DNA of 64,000 nucleotides from Gekko japonicus (Eukaryota). The stretch spans positions 676,443 through 740,442 of the forward strand of contig NW_015161425.1 of the NCBI RefSeq assembly GCF_001447785.1, in the 5' to 3' direction. Under the pieces are notes generated by a model, which was given only the letters and a program-made list of their open reading frames with translations, was not told where the DNA came from and searched no databases. Every line of letters begins with the position of its first letter. Positions within the stretch are counted from its first letter, which is position 1. Shown here in pieces: positions 63,850 through 64,000 of this stretch. The position numbers and the translations under genes are program-made.

Positions 63850-64000
63850 CACGAAAGACCACGCGAGAGACGGCGGGGGAAAGCTGAGCACCCCCAAACC
63901 TACACAGTGCTGAGCTCCCCATAAGCATCCGCCTCCCGAGTCCGAGCTTTTACCTTGGATCCCAGCAACGGTTTTCCGGTCCTCCCCACCACGCGCCAAA
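63850..64000 (-). promoter_or_regulatory. Edge of MRPS9 5' CpG island
   Basis: Sharp rise in CpG density at the window end, coinciding with exon 1. Confidence 0.6.
63954..64000 (-). CDS. MRPS9: MRPS9 exon 1, 3' part (mitochondrial presequence region)
   Basis: Reads xTT TGG CGC GTG GTG GGG AGG ACC GGA AAA CCG TTG CTG GGA TCC AAG|GTAAAA = WRVVGRTGKPLLGSK. Phase 0 matches exon 2. Basic, non-acidic, in a CpG-rich edge, with the same W-to-junction spacing as recalled human LWKTAAPELQTNVRSQ. Confidence 0.72.

Noticed and set aside
63817-63999. ORF-track peptide MARGGEDRK... as the MRPS9 N-terminus
   Set aside because: Non-ATG start and the wrong frame for a phase-0 join to exon 2.

Overview
Vertebrate nuclear DNA, most likely a squamate of gecko type (Sauria SINEs, Squam3-like SINEs, squamate CR1/L2/L1 and Penelope remnants). 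The only supportable protein-coding gene is MRPS9 (mitochondrial ribosomal protein uS9m) on the minus strand. I rebuilt it by hand as 11 in-frame GT-AG exons, from the 3' part of exon 1 at the right edge (63954-64000; start codon outside the window) to a TAG stop at 17089-17091, with an AATAAA about 45 nt further on. The left 17 kb is intergenic or intronic and holds a CpG island (~10.1-10.4 kb), a possible promoter for the next gene (GPR45 by recalled synteny). It also holds well-defined mobile elements: a CpG-rich Helitron-like element, two solo LTRs with 4-bp TSDs, and hAT MITEs with 8-bp TSDs, including nested insertions and a 66-bp pure palindrome. Penelope-type ends carry minimal hammerhead ribozyme motifs, one of them sense-oriented ~400 nt past the MRPS9 poly(A) signal. 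The universal uS9 GGG motif reads ESG here. Four N runs sit in unique, motif-rich intronic DNA. I found no convincing new multi-gene system; the best leads are given as hypotheses. Repeat family names and human comparisons come from recall, not from a database search.
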